Assembly (NCBI RefSeq): GCF_009914755.1 | Contig: NC_060938.1 | Length of the DNA: 64,000 nucleotides | Reading direction: 5' to 3' (one strand) | Source: the human T2T-CHM13v2.0 reference genome, Homo sapiens | Shown: positions 1 through 17,024 of the stretch, one piece after another | How positions within the stretch are numbered: position 1 is the stretch's first letter | Layout: each line of letters opens with the position of its first letter | Translations under genes and position numbers: made by a program | Notes under the pieces: model-generated | Database searches by the model: none | Seen by the model: only the letters and a program-made list of their open reading frames with translations | What the model was told of the DNA's origin: nothing

Positions 1-59
1 CGTTCTTTGCTCAATTAAACTCCTTTAAATTTAATTCAGCTGAAGTTTTTCTTTTAACA
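1..59 (+). mobile_element. 3' end of an ERV1-class LTR (MER57-like), cut by the window edge
   Basis: Ends ...ctcaattaaactcctttaaatttaattcagctgaagtttttcttttaaCA, resembling recalled MER4-group/MER57 LTR termini (ATTAAA signal, terminal CA); L1 sequence begins immediately after. Confidence 0.55.
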
Positions 60-780
60 AGGGAATGCTTTCAATTTTTCCCCATTAAGTATGATGTTGG
101 TTGTGGTTTTGTCATACATGACCTGTATTGTGTTGAGGTACATTCCTTCTATGCCTAGCTTGTTGAAAATTTTTATCATGAAGGGTGTGCTGAATTTAAT
201 CAAATCCTTTTTCTGTATTGAGATGATCATATGGTTTTTGTTTTTAATTCTGTTAATATGATATATCATATTTATTGATCTGCATATGTTGAACCATCCT
301 TGCATTCCTGTGATGAATCCCACCTATTCATGGTATATTATCTTTTTGATGTGCTGTTGAATTTGGTTTGCTAGTATTCTGTTGAGGAATTTTACATCTG
401 TGTTCATCAGGGATATTGGTCTGTAGTTTTCTTTTTTTTATTTTATCCTTATCTGATTTTGGCATGAGGGAGGTACTGACATTGTGGAATGAGTTAAAGA
501 AAATTCATTCCTCCTTGATTTTTTGGAATAGTTTCAAGAGGATTGGTATTAATTCTTTGTATATTTGATAGAATTTGGCTGTGAATTCATCTGGTCCTCG
601 GCTGTTTTTTTTGGTTGAGAGGTTTTTATATTCCTGATTAAATCTCGCTATTCGTTATTGGTCTGTTCAGGAGTTAGTTCTATTTCTTCCTGTTTCAATC
701 TTGGTAGGTTGTGTGTTTCCAGGAATTTATCTATTTCATCTAGATTTTCTAGTTTGTGAGCTTATAGTTGTTCATAATAG
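60..780 (-). mobile_element. Old L1 ORF2 (RT region) fragment, L1M/L1PB-type
   Basis: ORF 54..323 reads [13 protein letters not shown]...[10 protein letters not shown], degenerate L1 ORF2 RT; homology continues to about 780. Confidence 0.9.
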
Positions 781-985
781 GAGGAGGAGAAGATTCTTAC
801 TGATAATTTGGATACTGAAGGTGAAAGAATGTTAGGAATAAAATAAAATTGAGGAATATAAATGATACAATGTTAAAAGAAGACAGAGGAAACTTATGGG
901 GAGATAGATTCTAAGACTTGAACAGGATGAAAATCAGACTTGGTGCCTGGCTGCCAAGCTGTAGTATTTTCCAGAAGCAGCTATG

Positions 986-1059
986 TTTCTCTGATTGAAA
1001 CATGTGGGAATGTACCAGGGTGCATTTCCCTGATTGAAACACGTGGAAATATACTCAGG
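986..1059. repeat. Imperfect ~39-bp tandem duplication
   Basis: tttctctgattgaaacatgtgggaatgtaccagg followed by tttccctgattgaaacacgtggaaatatactcagg. Confidence 0.8.
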
Positions 1060-1116
1060 AACCTCCTTACTGCTCAGATTTCACTCACAAACTCAAACCT
1101 CAGGATTTTTTCAATA

Positions 1117-1135
1117 CAACCACTAGGTGGCACTA
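1117..1135 (+). promoter_or_regulatory. Candidate CTCF binding site
   Basis: caaCCACTAGGTGGCACTA matches the CTCF core consensus CCASYAGRKGGCRS in apparently unique sequence; motif only, no binding data. Confidence 0.55.
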
Positions 1136-2939
1136 ATGGTACATTCTCTATATAAAGCTGCTATTAACTTGAAGGATCTCTTTCCTGTTGCTGAATTTGC
1201 TCTGGGGTCACAGTAGGGGATCCTAGTTCTAGTACCTCCTGGCTATACCATGAGTAAATGATTTAATACTAATATAACCCGTGTGTTCTTAGAGGAAATG
1301 ACTTTTATTCTGAGTCTTCCTAGAGAATGTGACTTAAAAATTTATTGAGCACACTTCCCCTATATTTGTAAAATAATAACATAACTTTAAGTCAAGATTG
1401 GTCTGTGAGCAACTTGCTTTTTTTGTATGTGCTTTCAGATGGACAAGTATTGTAGAAGGATTTTTTTTTTCCTGCAGTATCTCCACAGGAGAAGAAGAGA
1501 ATCTCTTAGATTAATCCCTCAGGGGCAGATTTCTTGGTATTTAGTTGATTTTTAATTATACTTATGGTACAAGGACTTGACTGAAAACCTTTTAAGGCAT
1601 TATGGCTGGCATTATCTTTGAAACAATATTTCTATATTTTTTATCACCGCCTACTCAAGCAAGCAGTCAATTTTGGGCTCATTGCTTCAGAGGAGGAATG
1701 TAGCAGGACAGGAAATAGATGCATGTTGTGAATCTCTCTGAGTATTGTGTTTCAAAATTCTAAATCTTAATATGAAGAGGATTTATGGGAATAGAACAAG
1801 TGCTGATCAGAAGCTGGGAAGACATCAAGGTTATATACCATGTCCCAGACTAGAAAGAACTTTCTTCAGGATGGGAAGTAAAAAGGGATAGAGGCCCATG
1901 GGACCAGGGAAAAGAGGGACCTGGGGCAAGAAGGACCTAGGGCTTGCTTCCAGTGCCATTAGGGTGGCTGCAAAACCCTACAGAGGGAGTGGGAATCCTC
2001 TGGCATTATATAACATTTCTCTCCCAAAGTTGTTTATGGAAATGGCAGAGAGCCATAAAAACTGAAGAGGCCAAGTCATCAGAGATAATGAATGTCACAG
2101 TAACAAACCACCCGTGTGGACTGGGCCATTCCTTATTAATCACTTCCCCCACAAACTCCAGTGCCTTGGCACTTCATATAAATTTGGGAAAGGGTAAGAC
2201 TAGCATCAAGTATTTTCTATTACTCCATATCCTGGGGGCTTGGGATAAAAGTTGTTGTAGAAAAGAAATGTATTTTTCTTATACATCTGAATATGTGGAC
2301 TGGGTTTTATTCTTCCTCTTCTGGGAGGTCTTTTCTCTGTTTAGTTTAGTATCCTGGAATTCTAATTTTTCCCAGCATGGCTGAGACACCACCACCTCCT
2401 TTGAATGCTTTTGCTCAGTGGGGTTGAAAGTGATCTTTTCTTTGGAACTTTTGAAACATGTCAGTTGCCTTACAGGATACTTCTCCATCCTAATTCGAAT
2501 TGTGGTTATTCAAGAACATGGCATCACAGCAAGGATCATAGTATATGCATGGTTTAAATTGCCATCACATTTAATATAATATGTAGTGAATTGATATTTG
2601 CTAATGTCAGGGAGTAAGTACAGTAGTATAGTCATATTAATAGTAGTTTGAAGTGAAGCAGCAGATTCACATGGAGCTACATCGGGCTAAAATCTCATGC
2701 ATTTAAATATTCTTCAGTGGATTGTTAGGTTCTGGGAGATTTTCTTTTTCTTTCTTCTCTTTGATGTTCTAACTACTAATATAAATGCCACTGCAATTAA
2801 GGTCAGGAATATTTACCATGATGTCATGCTCTGTTATTATTGAGAAATTATGGTTGCATAGGAATCTATGTAATATCTGAAAGACATATAATTTTCGTTT
2901 CTTTAAAAAATGTTGATCAATTTTATAAAATGATGCAGG

Positions 2940-3245
2940 ATTGTTGAAAAAAATTGTAATATAGAGAAGTATAGCAAGAAATGTAAAAATCACCTGATAC
3001 CATTTCAAAAGAAGGCAATTACTATTAACATTTATGGGGGCCCTTCCATCTCTCTCTCTCCATTTATATATTTACATATATAATTATTTCACATAAATAA
3101 GGCTGTGTCATACATGTTATGAGGTAACTGCTTTTTTCTACTTATCAATATATGCCTTTCTATGTCAATAAATAGGAATTTCTAAATAACTTTTAAAGAC
3201 TGCATAGTTTTTCATCATATATAAGTACTCTGATTTATTTAAGTC
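2940..3245 (-). mobile_element. Highly degraded L1ME-type 3' UTR fragment
   Basis: Characteristic pieces actattaacattt, gtaactgctttttt, ttttaaagactgcatag, tgatttatttaa. Confidence 0.45.
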
Positions 3246-3877
3246 ATGTCCTTTTCATAGGCTACACACTAACTAGATTACCTTGGTAGATCCCAATATG
3301 TGCACAAATACAAGTTAACCTCAAATATAAATATACATATATAAACTTTTAAGGATCCAAATGAAATATTTCAGTTTATTTAAAAAATATTGAATTAGTT
3401 ACACACAAACTTGAAATCTATTATTTTTAAATTATTCTTTTCCTAATTTTATAAAACTACTTCACTGTTGTTTTGAGAGGTCTATTTTGAGTCATTGATC
3501 ATACATCTCCTGCACAAATAATCTTTTTTAAAAGATCAAAGTTGTTTCATTTACAGCACTTTTTGAATTACTGTATGTAGCAGTCATTGAAGTTTATCCC
3601 AACTTAAAGGACCTATTTGCTCTTTGTGATCTCTGCATGTTATCATTCACTTTACTGTTTTTTTGTTTGCATCACTTTAAAATTGTTTTCTATTTTAAAT
3701 TTGAAATACATCACACATTTTGAACAGAGCAGAAAAATATTACATTTTAAAAATACTAATGATAATAATAATAACAAGAAAACAGATTTTTCTGGGTAGA
3801 GGATACATAATTTGCAGCCTTTTTTTGGGAGAAGATCAGAGCCCCTTTCAGTGTCTAATGAATGCTACAAACCTAAT

Positions 3878-3922
3878 CTGATTAAGTAGCAGAGTTTATT
3901 GAAGGAAGGTAAAGTACATTTC
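3878..3922 (-). mobile_element. Left piece of the ERV1 LTR that resumes at ~8191
   Basis: aagtagcagagtttattgaaggaaggtaaagtaca (AATAAA on minus strand) reads on naturally into tcaagagagaagtgggctg at 8191. Confidence 0.45.
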
Positions 3923-8190
<4,268 letters not shown>

Positions 8191-8789
8191 TCAAGAGAGA
8201 AGTGGGCTGGCCTGACTGAAAAGTAGCGGCAGCAGCAGCAGCAGCAGGGTTTAAAGAGGCAGTACACTCTGAAAGATGAGGCAGATTGGGCTGCTTGAGA
8301 GAGTGAGCCAGGAGCAGTTAGTGCTGGGGGACTCTTTATGAGAATCTTACATGATTATTTATGAAGGGGCATGAGGGGGTATCACTTGTAATCATGTTTT
8401 AGGTGGTTTCCTTGGACCTGCATGTTTTGTGATTGTACATGGTAGTACACATGTTGTATGTCTCATTTGTATTTAAAATCTCCACCCAGGGTTTGTTTTT
8501 TACTATGATTATCAGTAAAAGGCTACTTACTCTAGGGTGAGTTACTGGGGGAGTGAGTGTACTCATGAGCAAGAAAAGTCTCTACCATGGTTATCTCTGG
8601 CTAGGGCCTGATAATTTCCCTTCAGATCCAGAGGAGCCCAAACACAAGGTCACAAGTAGTTAGTGTAGCCATTGTCTTTTTCGTTGACTGTCAGTTGAGC
8701 AGCACTGACTGTCAGTGGGAGGTGTCTCCAAGACTCTTCCTCAGGGCTTCTCCTGTCTGTTTATTTCTGGCTGTGTGCCTTCTCTAACA
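8191..8789 (-). mobile_element. ERV1 (MER4-group, MER66/MER49-like) solo LTR, main piece
   Basis: Ends tctctaaCA (TGTTAGAGA on minus strand); internal ttaaaatctccacccagg motif typical of MER4-group LTRs; contains (CAG)6 at 8230-8247. Confidence 0.6.
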
Positions 8790-9378
8790 ATGTTACAAAT
8801 TCAAAATGCAAGATAGACCAATAGATTTTAGTATAACAGAGAAGTGTATTGTTATGGTTTCAGATTATATATTGTAATTAATATTTAAGGAACTTCTATT
8901 TGTTGAGTCTTGGTGTACAATTATCTGGAAAGGCTTTTAGAATACTCTGCCCTTTTCCAACTATATGGATTTTATTCATATAGGCTAGATTTATAGGCTA
9001 GATTTTATTCATATGCTTTAACATTAAACAACAGTTTATAACTGATTGAATGCAGAAGCAAGTATGAGAATCCAGCTGTTTTTTATGAAGCCACATGTTA
9101 AAGACGTTTTTGAAAATGTGAAACAAATGCCACTGCTTTCACTCAATATATTTGTTTTGGAAAATAAAGTTATTTCTCATAAAAATATGTTATTACTTTG
9201 CTGTAAGTAAATTATTATTTAAAATGACTCAATAAACATATAATTTCAAAACATCCTTGTGTTCATTTCTAAATTACATATTAATACATATAATCTACAT
9301 AAACAAAAGATTTTTAAAGTTCTCAATAGTTATTAAGAGTACAAAAGGGTCCTGAAACCATACAGTTTGGGACAACTG
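8790..9378 (+). mobile_element. Charlie1-family hAT DNA transposon 3' fragment
   Basis: gattgaatgcagaagca..atgagaatccagctg and terminal aagggtcctgaaaccatacagtttgggacaactg resemble the Charlie1 3' end. Confidence 0.8.
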
Positions 9379-9399
9379 AGATGGAGAGAGATGAAACTT

Positions 9400-10310
9400 A
9401 ACTGGGTTATCAGGAAAGGCTTGTCTGTGGAGGTGACATTTGAGTTGAGAATTGAATTATGAGAAAGAAGCAAGGTAAAGATTTAGGAGAAGAGCATTCC
9501 AGGCAATGAGTGGAGGTGGGGAGCAGGCAGTGAAAAAACTCTGAGGAGAGAAAGAGTTTTGAGTGTTTCCAGGAATAAAGAAGCCAGTAGGACATCAGGT
9601 GAGAGTGTTGGGCCAGGATCAGGTCATCAGGGTCTTATAAATCACAATAAGACTGAATATGTAATGGGATTCTATTTGAGAGTTATAGGTAGGGTTGCAA
9701 TAAGATCTGACTTTTGTCTTTAAAAGATCACGTTTTCTTTTTTTACCATATAAAAACTAGACTGTAGGTGTTGAGAGTAGAAGACATGTTTAAGTGTTAA
9801 AAAGCAGTTGCAGGCTGGGTGCCGTGGCTCACACTTGTAATCCTAGTACTTTGAGTGGCTGAAACAAGTGTATTGCTTGAGTCCACTAGCTCAAGACATG
9901 CCTGGGCAACATGGCAAAACCTCATCTCTACAAAAAATACAAAAACTAGCCAGTCCAAGGAGACTGCCTAAAACATGATTAAAAGTGACTATGGTGGCCC
10001 ACACCTGTAGTCCCAGCTACTTGGGAGACTTAAGCAAAGATCATACCACCTCACTCCAGCTTGGGTGACAGAGTGGTTGCAGTAGCTAGAAAAGAGGTAA
10101 TGGGAACCTGTACTGTTTTAACAATGGAGATCAGATTTAGAATACACTTTTTTGAAGGTAGAAATGACATAATTAAATGTAGCATGTGAGGGAAAATTAT
10201 AAGGTAGAATTTGGTCAGAACAACTGGATGGATGTTGGTGTCATTCATTGAAGACAGAGAGGTACAGTTTTAGCAAGAGACAAGAAGGGGGAATCAAGAA
10301 CTGTTTTGTA
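9400..10310 (-). mobile_element. L2 fragment interrupted by an Alu
   Basis: ggaggtgacatttgagttgaga, agagcattccaggca, ttttgaaggtagaa: reverse-complement L2 3' region. Confidence 0.75.
9813..10075 (+). mobile_element. Rearranged AluJ-like element (insert and deletion in right arm, no poly-A)
   Basis: Left arm and AAAAATACAAAAA linker present; ~38-bp non-Alu insert near 9953-9990; ends ...gggtgacagagtg with no tail. Confidence 0.85.
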
Positions 10311-10339
10311 CTAGGAAGTACAGATTTCATAAGTACTAT

Positions 10340-10478
10340 TATTTTCTACATTTAAAAAATTAGGATGCTGTGGTTGAAAGAGGTTATAAAACTTGCCAAA
10401 AGTCACAGGTCTATAAATGGTAGAGGCAGGATTTGACCCTAGGCAGTCCAATTTTAGAGGCTGCTCTCTTAGACACTA
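10340..10478 (-). mobile_element. MIR
   Basis: agaggttataaaacttgccaaaagtcacag...ggcaggatttgaccctaggcagtc, MIR core in reverse. Confidence 0.75.
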
Positions 10479-10519
10479 AGATAAAAAAAGATACTTTGGT
10501 TGTGGGACGGTGACCTCAA

Positions 10520-11129
10520 ATGATCTTTAATGAGTGATAAAATATAAATCAGATCTTCCCTTCCTTCCCCAGCTCATTAAATTTCTCCCTGACTTTACAC
10601 TGGCACAGAGAAGAAAATTCAGACTTGCAAGGTTTGGCTCCTGCTTGTCTTTCCAACCTCACCTCCTACCACTCATCCTCTTGCAGTGTTTCAACACAAT
10701 GGCCTCTCTTCTGTTCCTGGAACATGCAAGCCCCTTCCTGGTGTGGGGACTATGCACATTGCTGTTCCCTCTGCCTGAAATGCTCTTTCCCCAGCAGTTT
10801 GCCTGGATGGCTCATTCTCACCTTTTAGATCTCAGGTCAAAGTCAGCTTTTCAGAGAGACCTTCATTGACCACTTATTCTCAAAGAGCTCTCCCAGGCAA
10901 AACCTATCTTAACACCTTGTTTATTTCCTTATAAATATTTTTATAATATGAAATTATCTTGTTTACTTATTTCTTCACTTTATACCACAGGGTTTTTACC
11001 GCCAGACTGTGGGTTCTGCAAGGGGAAGCTCAGTGTTCTTCTTTCACCGCTGCACTGTTAGGGCCCAAAATAATATCGAGAACAGGCTATGCATTTGACA
11101 GACATTTGAGTGTTGAATGAATAAATGAA
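10520..11129 (+). mobile_element. L2 3' end (L2a-like)
   Basis: gctgttccctctgcctgaaatgctcttt, ctcaggtcaaagtcagcttttcagagagaccttc, ends ttgaatgaataaatgaa. Confidence 0.8.
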
Positions 11130-14100
11130 GTACTTTACAACTGGTGGGTAAAGAAACATATTTATAGGGTGTCAAAGAAATAGAGGGAATGATTAACTCT
11201 ACTTATTTATTAACCTGAAACAGGACCAATGCTGTTGGAATGAGGGGTGGCCTAGGAAGTCTTCCAGCCCAATGTTTTCTGCCCTACACAAACTGCTTGA
11301 AGTTCTTCATTTTGATGTGTTAACACATCCTGAATTACCACAGCATAAGACTGTTTACCAAACATTAACAACAGTTTCTCTTTTTTCCATTTGCTCTTAA
11401 AAGACAGATACTCCTGGGAGAGTAAACAAAATGACAGTCACATTTTAGTGGAAATCAGTCCAATCAGCTCCTTTTCTAATAATCTGGATCCTGGAGTGCA
11501 GTCACTGGACATTCAGAGGATGGCCCAGGCACCAGGCAGCTGAAATGAAGGGGAGTATAGAAGTGAGTGAAGGGCAGAGACAAGGACATAAGACAATTCC
11601 AAAGGCAAGCTCCTTTTTTCTCAGTTTTGGTCAGGACTGAACTTGGTAGTCGAATGACGTTTCAACCCCATTCAGACTGGCTGCAACTTAGTTCATGAAA
11701 TGTCAAAGTCAGTTATTTAAACCACCCCACATGAATTCAGCTGTAAAGACACTTTACTCCCAGAGATTTAACTGATGCAACCTTTGCAGGAGAATCTTAT
11801 GAATTATTGAAATGGTAGAAGCAGCAGCAAGCAGTTACCTAATTTGCCTTTGATGATGAATGGCTGGGATTTAGAGATTAATCTCTTTCTTTCAGACTTA
11901 TTTTCTGTTGAATGAAGATGTAGACACTATCATTTGAGTTGGAGTAGAGTGGAAAATACCTTTCCAAAGTTTACTAGCTTTCCAGCTGTGAATGTAATAA
12001 ACAGCTTTTTGCAAATCAACGTTTGTTTTTATTCTTATAGTTTTAGCAATTGTTTTCTATTCTGGGGGATAGAAGTGGAGGTGTTGACTTGGGAATAAAT
12101 TACCTCTGTGGTCTGTAGTTTAAGGCATTAAGATGTAGGCATTTTCTGTGAAATGAAAAAAAATCATGACTGTTTGGGGGCATCTATTACTTATGCTATT
12201 TTATGTTACCTACCAAAAGAAAACTTAATTCCTTAAACTTAGAGCAATATTTTCTTCTTTTAAATAAATTATCCTTTATTAGAATTTAACATGCAGCAAT
12301 ATGAAATAAAGCCTTTTCTTTATCAAGGACCAAAGATGAATATTTCTATCTTCAGAATATTTTAAAATCTTAATCAGGCTAATGGAATTATTACAAATTC
12401 TGAGTAGTTTAAAATTATAATAAGAATCTTAAAATTTTAAGGTATAGCCCAGGATACTGTCTTACAACTGACTAATCTAAATTCAGAACTTTCTTCTCTG
12501 TTGTTTCTTTCATCTCTGAGGCCTACAACAGAACTGGCATATAATAGTTGTTTTATAAATATATGAGGAATGGATATGGCTGAATGAATTTTAAAAGGTC
12601 TGTTTAATGATATTGAAGTATGGTTGTCTTAATAGTGTGCACTTTAATAGAATTATCATAGAGAAATCAAAGTCAATCCCTTAAGTCCTTTTGATTAGTC
12701 TTTCCCCAGTGAGTTTGGAAGACAATAATTATTAGTATAATGTCCAAAAATTAAGCAACATAAAAAACCAATAAAGAAATTGAAATCAAGTGTTAAGTCT
12801 TATGGTAACATATGTTCCTAAAGAAGTAGTTATGATGTAATTCTTACCAGCAGTAGGAATTTTCATGAGTAAGAAACTAACTAGTATGAAAGCAGTTACG
12901 TTCTATCGATTGCAGGGTTTGTAGTATGAGCAATTCATCATTGCTACATTCTCTACATTTGTATTCCTATCACACAGCCATACACCCAACACCATGTTTC
13001 CTTAGCTATTTTTTGATTCCTGAACCAGGAAGCATGCAAGTAGAATGACTATTTCTAAATATAAAAGGAGTATCATGATTTCAACTTTATTAAGAGCAAG
13101 TGAGCAAATGTGTTGAAAACAGTGGCAGTAAATCAAGACCTTATGAGCTTTTGAGCTCAGAGCTTGGTCTTTCTTACTAGCCAGAGGGGACTTGGAAATA
13201 TTTTATACTATGCTTTTATAGTATTATTGACAGTGATAGACTCAGTCTATATGCTAAGTCCGTCTCTCCCTCTCTCTTGTGCTTGATACCTAGAGATGTT
13301 TCTAAAGTCTGTTCCAGAGACATTGCAATACTTCCATTGGAGGTTAGTTGAACAGTAATAAATCATTGAATCCCTCAAGCCAAGTATACTCCTTTGGCTG
13401 TAATCTACACAAGGGCCATGGCTAATATTTCATCCTGCTTTGTAGTCCTTTGTGGTTTCTCTGTAGTTGCACTTCTAAAGACCAAAAGCATTTGGAGTCT
13501 TAGATCTTCAGAGACACCTCATGTACCTTAACATTTCCTTTGATTTGGAAGCAGAGAAAATTTTAAATGGAAGTTACTGAACAAGAGAACTATGGGGCAG
13601 ATAGGTGTCATCTTAGGAAAGATAATTAACTTTGATCTCAAGAGTAATGTACTAAGTGGGGATAATAAAGCTTTCATTGAATTTTAGCATTGCCTTGTTA
13701 AAACTGGCTTTATTGCATTTTTGTACTTTTCTTAAAAAATAAAAGATGGCTATGTAACCAAAATACATAAGTCTGAAATGCATAAGGCTGAACATATTCA
13801 GCATGGCTTAATGTGAATAACGAGAAAGTGTTCTGCATTTTGGCATGATATGATCCTGCATATAATTTGTTTATTTTTCGCATCTTTTTCCTGTGAGACA
13901 GAATTCTATGATTTATAATTCTTTGACTCACAAGTCTGGAAATTCTGTTTACGCTTTTGAATTTAAATTCAACAATATCAAAGTGCCAATGTGGTCTAAT
14001 GATTAATAGGCAAGGCAGAGATTTGGGAGAATTTAACTGCAGATCCTGAATGTATGGTTTTATTTTCTTTCTTACAATTCTTCCACCCTCAACTTATGTC

Positions 14101-15570
14101 TTCCAATTATAAAGTTGATAAATACTTAATAAGGAGAACTTGGAAACTATAGGAAACTAAAAAGAAAGAAACAGCCTCTTTTCAGAGATATCCAGTATCA
14201 GTCAAGAGTTTGAAGTTTCTTTTCAGTTTAAAAGTTGAAAGTTTTAAAAACATAATTTGTAAATATATCTTTAAGTATTTAAAATCATTTTTTTACCATT
14301 TAAGACCCTTAGAAATATGATTTTCTGCACCATAAATAATGGATATAGTGAGGATTCGTAACAAATATTTGTGTTGTTCTTAGAACTTTAGTTTTATTGG
14401 ATAAGGATCAGTTTTGCTCTTTGATAAATCTTTAATGACATATCATATTTAGCATCATGATTACATTTAAATAATTAAAAATTTACCTCCAGAAACTCAA
14501 TATCTTTTTGCTCAAATATGCAACTTACTTACTTTTGTCAGTTGGTATATTGTGAGACTCTAAAAGACAGGTTGACAAATTTCCTTGAAAGGTTTGATGC
14601 CAGGCTGTCTCACATGCTTGGACACATTTTGAGAATCTTCATTCTGGAGTCAGTCTTGAAACTCTTTGAAGGGGTTTGGGTACCTTAAAGTAACACTGAT
14701 GTGTTTTACATAGAATTGAGTTGCTGCTAAAATATCAGGCTTAGAATTTGATCTTATTTATTTTATTCTTCCTCCAATATGAAACTCAGAAGAACCTATT
14801 TCCTCATTAGGTCAATTTGGGAAAATGTCCTAGTGAGCTTAATAATTCCTTCTGGATTGGCTTAAGCGAGTCTTTTGAAAAAGATTTTATTTCATTAATG
14901 TGCTTAAAAGTAGTAAAAACATAGTGAATTTCAATACAAATGATGTGTGTGCAAAATACTTTTTAAAAAACAACTTAACTCATGTAAGAAAAATAAACAA
15001 AACAAAAGAAAAACTTAATAAATCCAAAGAGACTCCCTCTGAACTTAAGGGGTAACTTGTCAGTGTGTGACAGATGCTTTCTTTGTCTGATACATTACTT
15101 TGGGTAATTATTTAAGTGTATGTTACTGTGAATCGTTGGTATAGCAGTAACTCAGTTTTGAAATTATTTTCAATTTTTTTGCTTGTCTCTACACACAATT
15201 TGGGTAAATACATATATTGCCACCATTAGTTTATATTAGTAATTTTTATTTAAATTTTGAAAGGGAGACCAAAAGATCCTCATGCCGTTTACTTTCCAGA
15301 ATGCTAGAGAAAGCTTCAGATTATAACAAGATAACTCACTCCCAAAACTGAGAGCTAATTTTATGGAACTAACATTAACTAGAAGTGTTGTTTCAGTAAT
15401 TTCAGTTCAATGTCAATGACATTGGCTAGCTTAAAGATTAAAATCAAGGTTAATTTTAAAAGTTACTAGGTAGGTAGACTTAAAATTTTAAAAGAAATAT
15501 TTTCTATTAAAAGTAAGAATAGTTATTATGGAACATTTGAAAATAACAGATCATAGAAAAAAGAAAATAA

Positions 15571-15859
15571 GGGCAGGCACGGTGGCTCACGCCTGTAATC
15601 CCAGCACTTTGGGAGGCCGAGGCGGGTGGATCACAAGGTCAGGAGTTCAAGACCAGCCTGGCCAGGATGGTGAAACCCCGTCTCTACTAAAAATACAAAA
15701 ATTAGCCTGGCATGGTGGTGGGTGCCTGTAATCCCAGCTCCTCGGGAGACTGAGGTAGAGTATTGCTTGAACCCGGGAGGCGGAGGTTGCAGTGAGCCAA
15801 GATCATGCCACTACACTCCAGCCTGGGCGAAAGAGTGAGACTCCGTCTCAAAAGAAAAA
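15571..15859 (+). mobile_element. AluS (AluSg-like)
   Basis: Full dimer, ggatcacaaggtcagg 2-bp deletion pattern; TSD aaaaagaaaataa on both sides. Confidence 0.95.
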
Positions 15860-17024
15860 AAAAAAGAAAATAATCTCACAATTACCTGATATAATCCTTA
15901 TTTATACTTCTAGATACTCAAATACTATTCATATGTGGAGTCGTAACATGTGTAACTATTGTTGAACTCTCAATGTATCATCAGAAAACCTGTTAATATA
16001 GTAAAGCTTAACTAGAACTCCTTTTGGTAAGAAAGTCACCACTTTGACAGAGACTTTGAAGTGGCTCAAAATGGAGAAATTAGAGAAGGGTATTTAAAGA
16101 GTTTTTAGACCTGAGATGAGATATATATTTTGTCATTTAGCATTTATAACTATTAGAATTAGATATTTTTGTATTGAGTTTTTTATGTTTACGAACACAT
16201 ATATTATTATTGCTCTTATCTATTTTTGGTACTTTACACAGACAAATTAGAAAGTAATTTTTAGTGAAAATTTTATATTTACCTCTATTTAAACCAGTTT
16301 TTCCTAATGATAAGTCTGCCAGATGTTTAAATAATTTTTTTTCAATCTGATTGTCACTGGATTGTGAATAAACTTCACTATTCTTACTACATTCTTAGGG
16401 GCAATCTCAATATGGCAGCTTGATTAACAAGTAAATGAATTGTGAACACTTACCTCTCAAAAGGGAAGGTCAAAGAAATTTAATCCTGGTATCAGCTATA
16501 TTATGCTTATATGAATAAAAGGCAACCTCAGAAATGATGTTGATAAACCCTACCCCTAAGCACTTTTTCTTTCCTTAGCTACATCGTGGTAATAATTCTC
16601 CCTGTTTGTAGGCTGACTACAGTGCACTAGGAAATCAGATATATTTTGCAGTTGTGTTAAAATACTTTGTTTTTTGTTTATGTGTATATAAAGACTATGT
16701 ACTAACTAAGCAAACTACACCTCATAAACAGTAGCAATAAAAAATGTTCAACATTTACAGGTTTTAAGAAACAAGTTCATTTCAAAATGACAATTCTGGT
16801 GAGATGCAAAATAATGTAGAAATACATTGCAGGGTTATAAATGTTTGTCTGTAGGAAAGAGCTTTGTTTTATTTTATTTCACTGTCAACAGAATGTCGGC
16901 ACACTTGCAATACTTGGGCTCTCTGTTTTTATAATTAAAAAGACAGAACATTTTAATAGTTCTCATAACTTTGACTAGTTTACTCAATACTTTTGATTGA
17001 AGCATTCTTATTCTAACTGATTGT

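Noticed and set aside
1944-2384. 146-aa plus-strand ORF
   Set aside because: TTG start, no recognisable domain, no convincing exon boundaries; consistent with a chance ORF
8230-8247. (CAG)6 tract
   Set aside because: Too short, inside an LTR, not in a coding frame
16445-16630. Perfect minus-strand donor GAG|GTAAGT with a possible upstream acceptor; lone plus-strand donors at ~38027 and ~44556
   Set aside because: No convincing coding frame or matched partner; expected by chance
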